This document shows, piece after piece, positions 1-14,741 of a stretch of 64,000 bases of DNA. How positions within the stretch are numbered: the first letter of the stretch is position 1; the number at the start of each line of letters is the position of its first letter. The position numbers and the translations under genes were made by a program. The notes beneath the pieces are model-generated. The model saw nothing but the letters and a program-made list of their open reading frames with translations, was not told the origin of the DNA and ran no database searches. The stretch is from Octopus vulgaris (Eukaryota), in assembly GCA_951406725.2 (NCBI GenBank), contig OX597831.1, positions 81,778,001 to 81,842,000 on the forward strand, read 5' to 3'.

Positions 1-122
<122 letters not shown>

Positions 123-240
123 CTGATTGATGGACAAACAGACAGATATATGGATTGATTGATAGATGGAGAGACTGAGAGATTGATTGATGGATTGATA
201 GAGAGACAGCGGAAGACGGATTTAGATTATAAAGACAAAG

Positions 241-307
<67 letters not shown>

Positions 308-1234
308 TGTGTGTCCATACATGAAATCGGGGATATTGCTGAAGACAATGAAGTAGGAGACAAAAGGAAGAGGGAGGATGAGGCATAGGGACTGTGGAGG
401 AAGAGGAGGAAGATGGTGATGCTGCTTATGATGATGATGATGATGATGATGACGGAGATGTAGGAGGAGAACGGATAAATGAATGAGTCTAACGTTTGGT
501 GGCCATCACCACTTAAGGATCTCTATCTAATCACAACCCTTACTGCCACCAAACCATCACCATTACCACCACCACAACCACCACCACCACCACCATCTCA
601 TTCTAACACATTTGAACACCATCAACTGACCACCTTAACCAACCACCATCAACGCCTCTAAACTTCATCTCTAACCACCGCCACCACCACCACCACCACT
701 ACCACCACCGCCCCGCCTACTCTAACCACCAGTTCATAGCACAAGCAATTCAGATTAAACCACCACTAAATACCATCTTCTCACTAAGCCGAGCTCCTAA
801 CCACTAACCACTCACCAAGAACCACCCGACCCACCCACTCACACTGACAATCACCGTAGACAATGAATTCACGCGAGATCTCTATTGACACAATCAGTCA
901 ATATCGGAGGCGGGGTAGGGGTAGGTCTACGAAATGTTGTTGACATTCGATAATCTAATTTGGAAAAATGATAAAGTAAATTTTTTTTTTAAATCACCAA
1001 AAAATAGAACAAAATAAGAGGTGTGGGGGGTGAGGGGAATTAAGTTAATAAATTTATCTTTGATGAATAATCTATTAATTTAATATGGTTGTTGTTGGTG
1101 CTGATGTTGTAGTTGTTGTGATTGATGTCATTCCTGCTGCTGCTGCTGCTGCTGTTGTTGCTTTTGTTGTTGTTGTTGTTTGAAAAGTATCTGATATTGG
1201 CGGGAATAGATTTAAACTATTTCCCAATTAACCA

Positions 1235-1375
1235 TCTTCTTCTTCTTTTTCTCCTGCTTCTTCTTCTTCTTCTTCTTCTTCTTCTTCTTCTTCTTCTTCT
1301 TCTTCTTCTTCTTCTTCTTCTTCTTCTTCTTCTTCTTCTTCTTCTTCTTCTTCTTCTTCTTCTTCTTCTTCTTCT
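1235..1375. repeat. (CTT)n microsatellite
   Basis: Perfect trinucleotide array; source of the poly-Leu ORF. Confidence 0.97.
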
Positions 1376-1419
1376 CCTGGTACCTCTTCGTAATGCGTTT
1401 TCCTTTTGAGGAAACTAAA

Positions 1420-1990
1420 AGGGGAAACTCATGTTAGCATAGGATCTTATAAACCTCTGCTGTTCCATAACCTCCTAAAATCTCAGATACAGAAGAATCT
1501 CCACCTGTCGTCCTAAAATATTACTCTTAATTCTAGTGGATTCAAAGCTAAGACTATGCTCCCAGCTAAGGCAAATCAAAATGAAACGCAAGAAAGTTGT
1601 TTGACTTAGCACCATGCTTTCACTCAATGTTAGGTCTAATATGGTAACATCTTGCTTTAATACATTGGCATTTCTCACAAGAACACAAATACAAGAACTT
1701 GTTCAATAGATATAGTGAAAATCGCCGACAGAGAAATATCTAACAAGAACTTAACTACCTCGTATTACTCACCCCTACCTTGGGGATGGATGCCCATGCA
1801 AGACGCCTACGGCGTGACTGCTGAACAGATCCTGTTGCAACACCGAGATCATCGTTTAGAAGACAGAAGTCAACTAGGTAGAACACCAACCTAACACGGT
1901 ATAACAGAGTGGCTAAAAGATCCTTCAAGAAACGACTACACAACCATACCACCTCATTCAGAAACATCAAAAAATGCCATATCAAAAAGT
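1420..1990 (+). pseudogene. Degenerate Penelope-like element fragment (linker plus GIY-YIG endonuclease)
   Basis: Broken frames read RKKVV*LSTMLSLNVRSNM, HKYKNLFNRY, CPCKTPTA*LLNRSCCNTEIIV*KTEV and SFKKRLHNHTTSFRN. These match Penelope motifs IIWFNPPFS-NVKTN, CNC..CPLNG.CL...IVYKAEV and FK.R..NH..SFRN. Confidence 0.7.
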
Positions 1991-2045
1991 TCGAACACAC
2001 CAACTGTCAGCGTGCTAGCAATTCTGTCAGCTCAGCGCCTTAAAG

Positions 2046-2937
<892 letters not shown>

Positions 2938-2978
2938 TTAATAATAATAATAATAATAATATAATAATAATAATATAA

Positions 2979-3441
2979 AAGATGGGCTACAGCAAATATT
3001 CTGCTCAATACCACAGATTTGCTTGTCAGTTGTTTGACCTTAACCAGTTGAGCATGTCCCTTAGTGGCTGACGATATGTGCATCTCTGATCACGAGCAGA
3101 AGTAGTGGGGGAGCATCATAGCCATGTGTTGAGAGGGATTCTTTGGGGTTTGAATAATTCACCTCTGGAAACATGGGTGGTTCTTTCAACATCCTTAAAC
3201 AACCCTTATTCAGGGACCTTTTGAGCGGGATGGGCTACTCAACCTGAAGAAAATTCTAGCTGGGCCCCACCTGCAAGGTCATGTGCTGTTTATCTTGATA
3301 TAAGATCACCATGTCGCGCACATATGGTTGTGATGCATGTGCCTGGTGTACCTTTATCAGACGGGTAGTCATGATGGGTATATTGGGCTTCGTATATTTT
3401 ACCCCAGTGTCACTTTGATGGCATGCACTGCTCTCTCACTC
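2979..3441 (+). mobile_element. Non-coding interspersed repeat embedded in (TAA)n (probable non-autonomous retroposon or LINE UTR)
   Basis: Complex ~460-bp block between TAA arrays, ending CTCTCTCACTC-(AAT)n; no ORF. Confidence 0.55.
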
Positions 3442-3640
3442 AATAATAATAATAATAATAATAATCCTTTCTATATAAACCAAAATGAAGTAGATTGACA
3501 GATTTATTTTTTGAACCAGTTGAAGACACACAAGATGTCGAAATATCGTTCGCTAGATAACAATGGCACTCTTCTTTTAATTTTGACTCTATATCTTCAG
3601 GAGTAGTTACCTCAATCCTTTCTATATTAATAATGATAAT

Positions 3641-3648
3641 GAGAAGAA

Positions 3649-3683
<35 letters not shown>

Positions 3684-3757
3684 AGAAGAAGAAGAAGAAG
3701 AAGAAGAAGAAGAAGAAGAAGAAGAAGAAGAAGAAGAAGAAGAAGAAGAAGAAGAAG

Positions 3758-3787
<30 letters not shown>
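3641..3787. repeat. (GAA)n microsatellite
   Basis: Near-perfect array. Confidence 0.97.
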
Positions 3788-3788
<1 letters not shown>

Positions 3789-4276
3789 GATAGGGAGATA
3801 AATTCAGTTTAGTTAATGGAAAAGGTCTTTTTTGAGATGTATTTCAGGAAGAGAAGGAGTTGCGTTGGAGGAATTCCCATTGTAGTCACATCTGCCAAAG
3901 ACAGGAACCAACCATTTGTGTTGCAACTCAAAATAATTCCGTTAGAATCCATCAAAGATACATTTTCTCATCATATTAAAACCATAACTCATTAGGGTTA
4001 ACATGTAAACACAATACAAATTTGGTAATAACAAAAGTCTATGAGCTCCAGTGGCATGTGCATGGGTGTGCTTTTGTATGGATGTGTGTGTATATACATA
4101 TATACATATATATATACATATATATTTATATATATATGTATATATATATATTGTCCTCATTGTCGGTGTTATTCATCAAGTTGTTGTTGTCGTGAGAAAG
4201 AAAATGTATTCAGCGAGGGAATGAAAACATTACGAGAAAGACAACACATTTACAATGTTTTGATGATGGCAGCGAT

Positions 4277-4324
4277 GGTGGTGGTAGTGGCGGTGGTGGT
4301 GGTGGTGGTGGTGGTGGTGGTGGC

Positions 4325-4360
<36 letters not shown>

Positions 4361-4499
4361 GGTGGCGTTGTTGTTGTTGTTGGTGGTGGTGGCGTTGTTG
4401 TTGTTGTTGGTGGTGGTGGCGTTGTTGTTGTTGTTGTTGGTGGTGATGTTGTTGTTGTTGTTTTTGTTGTTTTTGTTGTTGGTGGTGGTGGTGGTGGCG

Positions 4500-4537
<38 letters not shown>

Positions 4538-4562
4538 GGTGGTGGCGTTGTTTTTGTTGTTG

Positions 4563-4594
<32 letters not shown>

Positions 4595-4604
4595 GGTGGT
4601 GGTA
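4277..4604. repeat. Compound (GTG)n/(TTG)n microsatellite
   Basis: Alternating GTG and TTG blocks joined by GCG. Confidence 0.95.
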
Positions 4605-5279
4605 GTGATAATCGTCATCGTCGTCGTGATGGCAGGAATGATGAAAATGCTGATGCTAACGGTGCTACTGCTTCCTAGTGATAATGAACAATTGTTGTTA
4701 CTCTTGGTGGTGATGATGATGATGACGATGTCCGGCCCATCAGCATCTTACTCTTCTACAGTACGCGAGAGGGAAGACATTACCATCATCCTGGAACTCA
4801 ATACAGATTCTGACTCTTTCGGTGCTCAGAACAAATACACGACACTGCAACACTACACTACACTACACTAATCCACCCCACCCCACAACAAATCACACCA
4901 CAGACCCCCTACACCCTGCTACACCACATAACCCTTCACTGCACCACTCCATATTACATCACACTACGCCACGCCAAAAAAAGCAGCGTTTTAGATAAGT
5001 TTGTCGTTTCGACAAACGCATAGGTACTCCTTTGGAGGTAGTCTTTTGGAGGTACTTTTTGGAGTACCTACTTGTTGCGTATTCCTCCAACAAAATTCTA
5101 AAATATTCCCTTTCTTTTGCGTCAGGTAATTAGATGGCAGTGGGGATGTCTTCGATAACTAAAATATCTTACAGTGAACCGTGGGTTTTGGTTCCACTGA
5201 ACTAAAAACAAAGAAGGAAAAGATTGTGTGTTACAGAATTCTGGTAAAGCATTCGATGAAGACATTGGATATACGTTCA

Positions 5280-5400
5280 GGGTTAATCCCAAATCAGTTC
5301 GAAGCGATCTTCAAGATGAACTTGTGGAATTTATAAGGAATTTCATGATCAAATAAATTTTTGAAAGGTCTTCATTCACAAAATTCTGGTGTTTCAGGGT
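5280..5400 (+). pseudogene. hAT-like (Charlie/Buster) transposase C-terminal remnant
   Basis: LQDELVEFIRNFMIK*IFERSSFTKFWCF resembles the hAT region LQEQLIEL....K..F....L..FW. Confidence 0.4.
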
Positions 5401-5647
5401 GATTTCTTAACCGTCTTCAAAATAAATGTAGGGAGAGTATTTTTGTAGGGACCTTCCATTTACCATTTCGAATAAGGTATGCAGCAACGGGTAGAACCAA
5501 AAAGACTGTGAAAGATTGGGTAAGATCGAAAATGATATGCATACACGCACACTCTCATACACATAGATACACACACACACACACACACACACTCAAACAA
5601 ACACACGCGCATATACACACACACTCTCTTTCTCTCATACACACACA

Positions 5648-6161
5648 TCTATATATATAAAACTGTAGTTGTGTGAGTGTCTGTCCCCTTCGATTTAGAT
5701 TCCTAACTACTCCCACATTTTGCGGTGCAGTTTAACCAAATTCGGGTATCTTATAGTCGTGATTCATATCAAGCCCGTCTGAGTATTAGCGCGCGTCTAC
5801 GATGAGTCTACGATTTTTAAAATATTTTAACATAATTTTTTATTCCATTTTAATGCATAATTTTTCGTGTGTCGATGGCGGCGGAGTTGGCGTCCATGGT
5901 CACACCTGCACCTGTGTTTGCTTCTCCCCCTTCTTCCCTCCCTCGTGAAGCTGTGGGGAAGGGAGTGTAAGGAAATCAACGTCGTAAAGCGTTGTCAAGG
6001 AGACCAGCGTTCTTTTAGAACAACGACTTCATGGCTTGAAGACACCAAAACAGAAATGGCTAAGAAAGCCCGAATTGGCATCTATAAGGGAAGTAACTCT
6101 CTAAAAATGCTTATATAGTTATTTCCCCTACAAACCCGAGCAACGCCGGGCGATACTGCTA

Positions 6162-6162
<1 letters not shown>
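5648..6162 (+). mobile_element. Non-autonomous Helitron
   Basis: Starts A|TCTATATATATAAAA, has a subterminal hairpin CCCG-AGCAACGC-CGGG (6135-6150), ends CTAG|T; no TSD. Confidence 0.85.
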
Positions 6163-6204
<42 letters not shown>

Positions 6205-6870
6205 TGTACAGCAATCATTTTCTATCATCATCAGGAGGAGGAAGAGAAGGAGAAGAAGAAGAAGGAGGAGGAGGAAGAGGAGGAGGAGAAGGAGAAGGAG
6301 AAGAAGAAGAAGAAGAAGAAGAAGAAGAAGAAGAAAAAGAAGATCATCATTATCATCGCTATCGCCATTCTTCTTCTTTCACTCTCTCTCTCTGTCTCTC
6401 TCTCTGTCTCTCTCTCTCTGTCTCTCTCTCTCTCTCTGTTTCTAAACTCTCTACATAGATATATCTAATCTCACTTTCTAACATTAATCTCTCTCTTTCT
6501 CACTCACTTACTCTACTCTCATCTCCAAATATCCTTAATCCCTCTCTCCTCTCCTCCCCCCCTCTCTCTCTCTGTACATATATATATATTTATAGATAAA
6601 CCCCCCACACTTTGTACCTCCTGCTGCCTCCCTCTGTCTCTATCCCCCACACGCAACCCCCTCCACCATTAAAGTGAACTCAACTGAGAAACGCACATAT
6701 TTGTTTGTTTTCTCTTTGAAGTATTCTGAGCTCCAAGTCCTCCGCTGCTCACGTGACCTCCTCACAAATGCTGGATCAGCTAACCCTCTGTTCTCCACTT
6801 CCGGTTCAATCAATTCACTTCGCCTATTCTTTTACGCATGTTCTCACAATTTCTAAGACAAACCTCCCAC

Positions 6871-6961
<91 letters not shown>

Positions 6962-7536
6962 CGCACACACAGCTACTGGACTCACGCAACACATAACACA
7001 ATAATACAAGCAACGTTGTCGTACAACAAATAACACAACACACACGTGTGTATTTTTTGTTATCAGTTCGAACTTAGGTATGTATATATATATACGTGTG
7101 AGTGTGCGTGTGTGTATGTATGTATGTATGTATGTATGTATGTGTGAGTGCACGCGCGTTCGGAGAAGTACAGTGAGTTAAGCTTGGGAAAAAGAAAGCA
7201 TAAATACATTCACATACACATTAACATACATGCATATACATACACACATATATGTATATATATATATATATATGGGGTGGGTATAATCAAGAGAGAGATA
7301 GAGAGATGTATGTATAGCTCGAATGACCATTTCCAAGATGTATACAATCCATCATGCACTTACATGCACACGCTTATAAACACACGGTTATACACACACG
7401 CATACAGGCATTATATACACTTGTGTATACACGCCTGAGTTTAGAAGATACAAAAGACATTAGTCATCAAATTGAAAAGACAAATGAAATGCTGACCTCA
7501 GCGATATTGGAAACGCTTATCATCATCATCATCATT

Positions 7537-7896
<360 letters not shown>

Positions 7897-7949
7897 ATAG
7901 AAAGGACATTTTCATATTATGTTGCATCTAAACTCCAGGCTTAAGAGTT

Positions 7950-8470
7950 TCCTCTGTCCTCCTCCACTCAACCTTTTGCTCCACCATTCACTCCACCTTC
8001 ACTTCACCTCCACTCAACTTTCACCTCATCTCTACTCGACTTTCAGTTACAACTCCACTCACCCCTCTCACCGTCAACTCTTCATTTCCACTTTGCCTGC
8101 ACTTAACCTCTTTACTCCAACCTCACACCACCACTCCCTTCTACTCCCTCCTTCCCTCCACCTTTCCTTCTCTATACTACTTCCACCTCTACTCGCCTCT
8201 ACTCCTCCTTCCCTTTTAACCAACACTTTACTCCACCCTAACTCAACGTCCGATCTACTTCTGTTCATTCGAATCCTCACCTCACTCCACCTATACTCAA
8301 CCACGCTCAACCTCACTCCGTATCACACCACATATATTCCCTCCACTCCACCCTCATTTCATCTCCACTCTACATCTGTGTCTCCGTCTCCCTTCTACTC
8401 AACCTCCACTCCAGCCTTACTCCACACTCCACCTCCACTCTACCACCATTTCATCTCCTCCACTTCTTAT
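7950..8470. repeat. Degenerate pyrimidine-rich (CTCCA/CCACT)-like low-complexity tract
   Basis: Almost no G on the + strand; recurring ctcca/ccact pentamers. Confidence 0.7.
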
Positions 8471-8738
8471 CTAATCTGATGTAACTCACGACTTGCCAAG
8501 TTCAATGTCGCGCCAATCCCACTCTTGTCTGTCTGTCTGTCTGTCCCCACAACCATCCAACGATTGAACCTTGACCAGCGTAAACTACTTGTGCGGGTGG
8601 ACGGCCGGGTGGTTGTAATGTCGAACAGTCAGTTAAGAGGTGGATAGTTCGTGCCCTAACACCAGTAGTGTGTTACGTGAAGTCTAGTTCACACAACTCT
8701 ATAACGAGCTAAGGGACAACAACAACAACAACATCAAA

Positions 8739-8776
<38 letters not shown>

Positions 8777-8807
8777 TTGTTCATTGTTATTGTTATAGTT
8801 GATGTTA

Positions 8808-9220
8808 CTGAGCCGGCAGAATCGGTATTTCTTTCGGCTTAACGCTCTGAGTTCAAACTCCGTCCGGATCAGCTTTACCTTTCATCTCTTCAAGTTCGAT
8901 AAAATAAGTACCAGTTGAGCACTGTGAAGGGGGCCGATCTAATCGACTTACCCCCTCCCCTCAACTTGCTGGCCTTGAGCCAACATTTGAAATCATCATC
9001 ATCATCATCATCCTCCTCCTCCTCATCATCATCATCATTGTTTCTTGGGGCGGTGGATTGGCAGAATGGTTAGAAGGTCGGGGAAAATGTTGCGCAGTAT
9101 TTGCCCTGTCCCTTTAGGGTTTTAAGTTCAAATCTCACAGAGATCAACTTCGCATTTCATCCTCCCAGGGTCGGTAAAATAAAGTAAGTCCAATGCTGGC
9201 GTCGATGCAATCGACTAACA
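8808..9220 (+). mobile_element. Two diverged tRNA-derived SINEs, family A (Meta-domain-like)
   Basis: Heads GGCAGAATC/GGCAGAATGGTTAG, B-box GTTCAAA, body CTTTCATC...GATAAAATAAGTACC. Confidence 0.8.
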
Positions 9221-9579
9221 CCACTCATCGTGGATTACATATTATCTACTTCATGTCCTTCTCTTTTTCAAGGATATTTGCTTGTTATTTTTAGCAAGCT
9301 GGGCGACCACATAGCAATCTGTTGTTAAACTCCAGTTGTGTTGTAGTTCTATTGGAATGGATGAGAATGAAAAATACGTTCAACGCTGAGAAGAGTTTGA
9401 TGAAAGAGTAAGGGCCGTCATAAAAGAAGAGGTGGACGGATTTATTGACGGTAATGGGGATGGAATACATTTATCTGTTCCGACGGAGCAGAAACTGGGT
9501 CTACAGTAGCCATTGAAGAAGCTCATAAATGAAGAAGCTCATCGCTTTCTCCATAAACGTTTACAGACAAAATATGCGC

Positions 9580-9822
9580 CCTTTTTAAAGCCTATCCAGG
9601 CTCATGGGCCCGGTTTCCCGGTTTCTATGGCGTATGTGTTCCCCAGCTGGACGGGACGCCAGTCCACCGCAGCGTTACTCATTTTCGCCAGCTGAGTGAA
9701 CTGGAGCAACGTGAAAAGAAGCGTTTTGCTCAAGAACACAACGCGTTGCCTGGTCCAGGAATCGAAACCACAATCTTACGTTCATGATGCTGACACCCTA
9801 ACCACTAAGCCACGCGCCTCCA
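9580..9822 (-). mobile_element. tRNA-derived SINE, family C-like
   Basis: Minus strand GGAGGCGCGTGGCTTAGTGGTTAGGG...GGTTTCGATTCCTGGACC (A and B boxes). Confidence 0.8.
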
Positions 9823-10217
9823 CATAAACGTTTACCGATTATAGAAAATAATCGATCGTCAACACACAACAACCACTGGTTTATAGCCGCGCTGTGGCCC
9901 CTCTTTGTTACTTTGTTACTGCTACTACAACGGTCTCTGTTCCTCTCTACTAGCTCACGACACAACTTCTCACCTCTCTCCTCTTCCCAATACTCTTACT
10001 ATTTATCACCCTGAATACTTCTCTCAGTTCTTCCTCTTCCCAACTGAAATTCACTGAAATATCTTCTCCTCGATTTTTGTTCAAACACAAACGTCCAGGA
10101 ATACAGGAGAATCACCAATCCTAATGCGGTTGGGCCTATAAAGGTCATGCACGCTGACCCTTCGCCCATTTAAATGTTTCGATGTGTAGTTACTCCTCAA
10201 TTTCTATATTGTTTCAG

Positions 10218-10303
10218 GTTACAGTCTGAAATGTGTGCTGGGTAAACTGTTGCACCGGTCTGGAATTGATCCACAGACCTTCTCGTTGGCAGCCTCTTAC
10301 TCT
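10218..10303 (+). other. Candidate internal exon ((G)YSLKCVLGKLLHRSGIDPQTFSLAASYS)
   Basis: Acceptor TTTCTATATTGTTTCAG and donor GTAAGT around an open 86-nt frame; product not recognised. Confidence 0.3.
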
Positions 10304-11430
10304 GTAAGTTCGATGAGATGTTACATTCGGTAAAAAGATAAACAGGGTTAAAAGAGAAGAAAAAAAAAAAGAGAAAAATAGAAAGAACAAAAGAAAGAGA
10401 AGGAGGAGGAGGAAATGATGATGAAGAAGAAGAAGAGTGAGAGAGGGGAGGAGATGAGGTTCTGGGAAGAGGATAAAAGTGATTAGCATGGAAAGGCGAG
10501 AGATAAAATGAGGATGGTTTTGTTATAATGAGAAAAAAAGGGCCAAAAGGTAGAATATACATATGTGTGTGTATATACATGCATCATATATCGGTAAATA
10601 TATATGTGTGTGTTTGTGTGACATATATATATATATTACATATATATGTATGTATCTGTATATGCGTATATACATATATATTATATGCATATAAATACAT
10701 ATGTAAGTATATACGTATATATGTATAGTCATTTATATATATATATATATGAATATGAATAAATATATAAATATACATAATATATACTCGTACATAAATA
10801 CATGTGATATATATACATATACACAAATACATGAATATACATACATATGTACATAAGTATCTCTATGCATATATATACACATACATGCAATATATATATA
10901 TATACATATATATACATATTCATCACGCGTTTAAGTAATGAAATCCCACAAAGACATCAACACAAACAAAATATTTAAAAGGGTCGAAAAGCAGAGAAGT
11001 GTGAATAATGAAGGGGACGAGAGTGTGGGGTGTGAGTGAGAACGATACCCCTGCTTGAAAAGACAGTAAAATTGATAATTCTTTAGGGAGCAGGTCACTT
11101 TAAATGAAGAAGGGAAACGTGCGTGTGTGGGAGTGGTTTTAAAAGAGGGATCAGTAAAACGATCAGGTAGAAACATAGATCAAAGGAGATATAAGCAAAG
11201 CCGCCGTTATTAAGTTGGTAAATTAACGCCTGTTAAGTGGACAATGAAATTTGGGACCCTTTCTTTGCTGGGACTAATTATGTCGTATTTATATCTTCCC
11301 TCTTTTAAGTCACATTATGGCCCTTTTCAAGTGCACAAAGGAAAATGATGCTTTTATATAACACTAGCAGAATAAGATAACAACTGGAAAACGTTGTGTG
11401 GCCGTATATGTGGGTGGATATATATTTATG

Positions 11431-11485
<55 letters not shown>

Positions 11486-12007
11486 ACACACACATACACA
11501 CATAGTGTATGTATGTGTGTGTGTATAGATGTGTATGAATCGGTGTGTATGAATATATATATTTATAAATATATATGTATGTATATATGTGTTAATGCGT
11601 GTGTGTTTGTATATATAGTACGTGTGTGTCTGTGTGCTCATCCACAATTGTGCTCGTTTTATGGTGCAAATCTCCACCTTTTTATATGAATTTGTTGTAC
11701 ATTTACATGCTGAGCGTGTAGACACGCACTCATACACACACGCGCACACACCCTACACACACACACGCGCGCGCGCGCAAATATATTTGTAGGTGTGTGT
11801 GAGTCACAGTTTGCAGTCATGCTGGGGCACTGCCTTGAAGCATTTGTCGCTCTTCTGCAGAACCACCAAGTCACGGGGACGTAAACAAGCCAACACCGGT
11901 TATCAAGTGGCAGTGGGAGACCAAACGTGGTCACAAAGACACACACATACTATCCGAAAGTCTACTGTACCTGTATACTCTATCGAATTTCTATAATATA
12001 TTTCTTT

Positions 12008-12197
12008 ATTTCTTTACTGCCCAAAAGGGGCTAAACACAGAGGGGACAAACAAGGACAGACAAAGGGATTAAGTCGATTACATCGACCTCAGTACGAAAC
12101 TGGTACTTTATTTATCGACCCGAAGGGATGAAAGGCATAGTCGACCTCGGCGAAATTTGAACTCAGAACGTAACGACAGACGAAATACAGCTACGCA
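12008..12197 (-). mobile_element. SINE family A, 5'-truncated
   Basis: Reverse complement of the 28101 copy. Confidence 0.9.
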
Positions 12198-12288
12198 ATA
12201 ATATAAATTTTGCCAACATAGCCTAACACCAACCATTTTCAAGTCTGTTTGATCCCGCACACACGCACGCACACACACACACACACAC

Positions 12289-12368
<80 letters not shown>

Positions 12369-12394
12369 CATATATATATACATACATATACATA

Positions 12395-12473
<79 letters not shown>

Positions 12474-12479
12474 ATAATA

Positions 12480-12700
12480 CAATAATACAAGAAAAGGAAA
12501 ATGGAGATTGGGAATTAATAATTGTTTCTAATTAAGAACAAATCAATTATCTCTTACAGCTGTTTCAATTGATACTCAGTGACAATTAATTAAATATTAA
12601 ATTCATATGCCTTGGGCATAATATCTTCAGAGGGCAAAAAATATACCCTTTGGTTGTTTTATATGTTTTGGGGTTCATTATAGCAAACGAGGTCCAACAT
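12480..12700 (-). mobile_element. Penelope-type pLTR remnant with hammerhead-like motif
   Basis: Minus strand CTGAAGA...GAAACAGCTGTA (12551-12634), adjacent to (TA)n. Confidence 0.55.
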
Positions 12701-13409
12701 TTTCCCTCACAAAATCCATTTAAAAGGCATTGATTGGCTCAGAGCTTTAGCAGAAAGCAATTACTAAGATGCCCGCAGTGAGATTGAACCCGAGACTAAG
12801 CGATCGGAAACCGAACTTCTTAATTAATGTGTGCCTGGATGTGTATATAAACTATAAACTAAATTTTAGAACACAGGACTCGTTCAGAATGACGTCAGCA
12901 GACCGTCAGACCCTTGTGTTTCAGGCTGCTTTTGCCTCTCAATGACGAACGCACCCAGACATTCTGAAAGGAGTCAAAACTTTCGTTCTAAACGGAAACA
13001 GTCGAAGAAAGCGTTCATGAATTAACATTAATATTAGATTGTAGTTAAAATAAGTTCATATTGCAGCTAGCGCTATGCCTTATATATATAGAGAGAGACA
13101 TTACAACAATGGTTTTCAATATGCTGCTCCGAAATTGATATCAAATGATCTCGCAAATAGTTTCGGTCCAAAATATTTCTTCATATTTTTCATTATTCTG
13201 TTCAGCAATTTTAATATCTTTCAATATCTATAAAACACATACGTATATATGTATTATGAAAATATGTATGTTTGTATGTATGTATGTGTGTATGTATGTA
13301 TGTATGTATGTGCATGTATGTATGTATGTATGTATGTATGTATGTATGTATGTATGTATGTATGTATGTATGTATGCATATATGTATGTATTCATGTGCA
13401 TGTATGCAA

Positions 13410-13482
<73 letters not shown>

Positions 13483-13499
13483 CTATATATATATATATA

Positions 13500-13721
13500 T
13501 CTTTACTACCCATAAGGGGCTAAACACAGAGGGGACAAACAAGGACAGACAAACGGATTAAGACGATTACATCGACCCCACTGCGTAACTGGCACTTGAT
13601 TTATCGACCCCGAAAGGATATAAGGCAAAGTCGAACTCGGCGGAATTTGAACTCAGAACGTAACGGCAGACGAAATACGGCTACGCATTTCGCCCGGCGT
13701 GCTAACGGTTCTGCCAGCTCG
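13500..13721 (-). mobile_element. SINE family A, full length
   Basis: Reverse complement of GAGCTGGCAGAACCGTTAGCACGCC...GTTCAAATTCCGCCGAG... Confidence 0.92.
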
Positions 13722-14356
13722 TCTATATATATATATTATTTATTTATATTCTGGCTACCAACGACAAAAGGAAGAATGGAGTAACCCAGTTGGGGATTCA
13801 AGGCTTACTGGTACAAGACATCCCATCGGCTGGATTTCATTGGTCAACTTTGGTCAGGTGGTCCCAGCAACGTTAGCTGTTGATCGGTGGAGATAGAGAG
13901 TTATCTTTAGATGTGATTGGTCTGATTATCACCTGTACAGGAAGGTGAGAGAAAGTTAAGAAAATGCAGAAGGTGAGCAAATGAAGGGAATTACAGCAAC
14001 GTGTTGTATCCGGATATCTTTGGCTACAGGTGAGTGCAAATTATGGTGGGAACAGGTATTTGGTCCGTACTTGAAATTGTCCAGCGAGGATTTGTTCCTA
14101 TGCCTGACCGTGGTAAACGTTTCCAATTTCTCGCTTAACATCTTAAAAACATTAAGCGTCACGCCATGATGGTTTGCTGCCATGAATACTGTTTATGACT
14201 CTCATCAATTATAGAATAGGATTGCATTTTAGAGCCTGATCCCGTTTTTATAAAGAATATTCGTAATTCTGCTGTCATTGAAATTTCAGGGGCATTGGGA
14301 AGCGCTGGAGTTGATTCCGCGAGTCTGGTTTTAAATGATATGTATATATATATATT

Positions 14357-14648
14357 GGAAGCACTCCGTCGGTTACGACGACGAGGGTATCCGAATCAAC
14401 GGAACAGCCTAAATAAATGGCTGAGCACTACAGACATATAACGTAGTTCTCGGGGATATTCATATGACAAGGCGGCCCTATACAACAGAAACAGGAAGTA
14501 TTTATATACAGCAGGATCATCCCCTGCCGGAGCCTCGTGGAGCTTTTAGGTGTTTTCGCTCAATAAACACTCACAACGCCCGGTCTGGGAATCGAAACCG
14601 CGATCCTATGACCGCGAGTCCTGCCCTAACCACTGGGCCATTGCCCTC

Positions 14649-14651
<3 letters not shown>
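14357..14651 (-). mobile_element. SINE family C head with a different tail
   Basis: Minus strand GGAGGGCAATGGCCCAGTGGTTAGGGCAG...GGTTTCGATTCCCAGACCGGG. Confidence 0.85.

Positions 14652-14741
<90 letters not shown>

Noticed and set aside
4041-4871. 276-aa hydrophobic ORF resembling a membrane protein
   Set aside because: Produced by GTG/TTG and TA microsatellites.
7919-8479. 186-aa Ser/Pro/His/Leu ORF
   Set aside because: G-poor low-complexity DNA lacks stops by composition.
12877-12975. Short inverted repeat containing a CRE (TGACGTCA)
   Set aside because: Arms are only ~15 bp and imperfect; a single 8-mer is expected by chance in 64 kb.
13740-14340. Complex non-SSR block, possible exon or Penelope N-terminal remnant
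   Set aside because: No convincing motif or splice pair; left unassigned, as are 20560-20920, 31790-32240 and 37400-37980.
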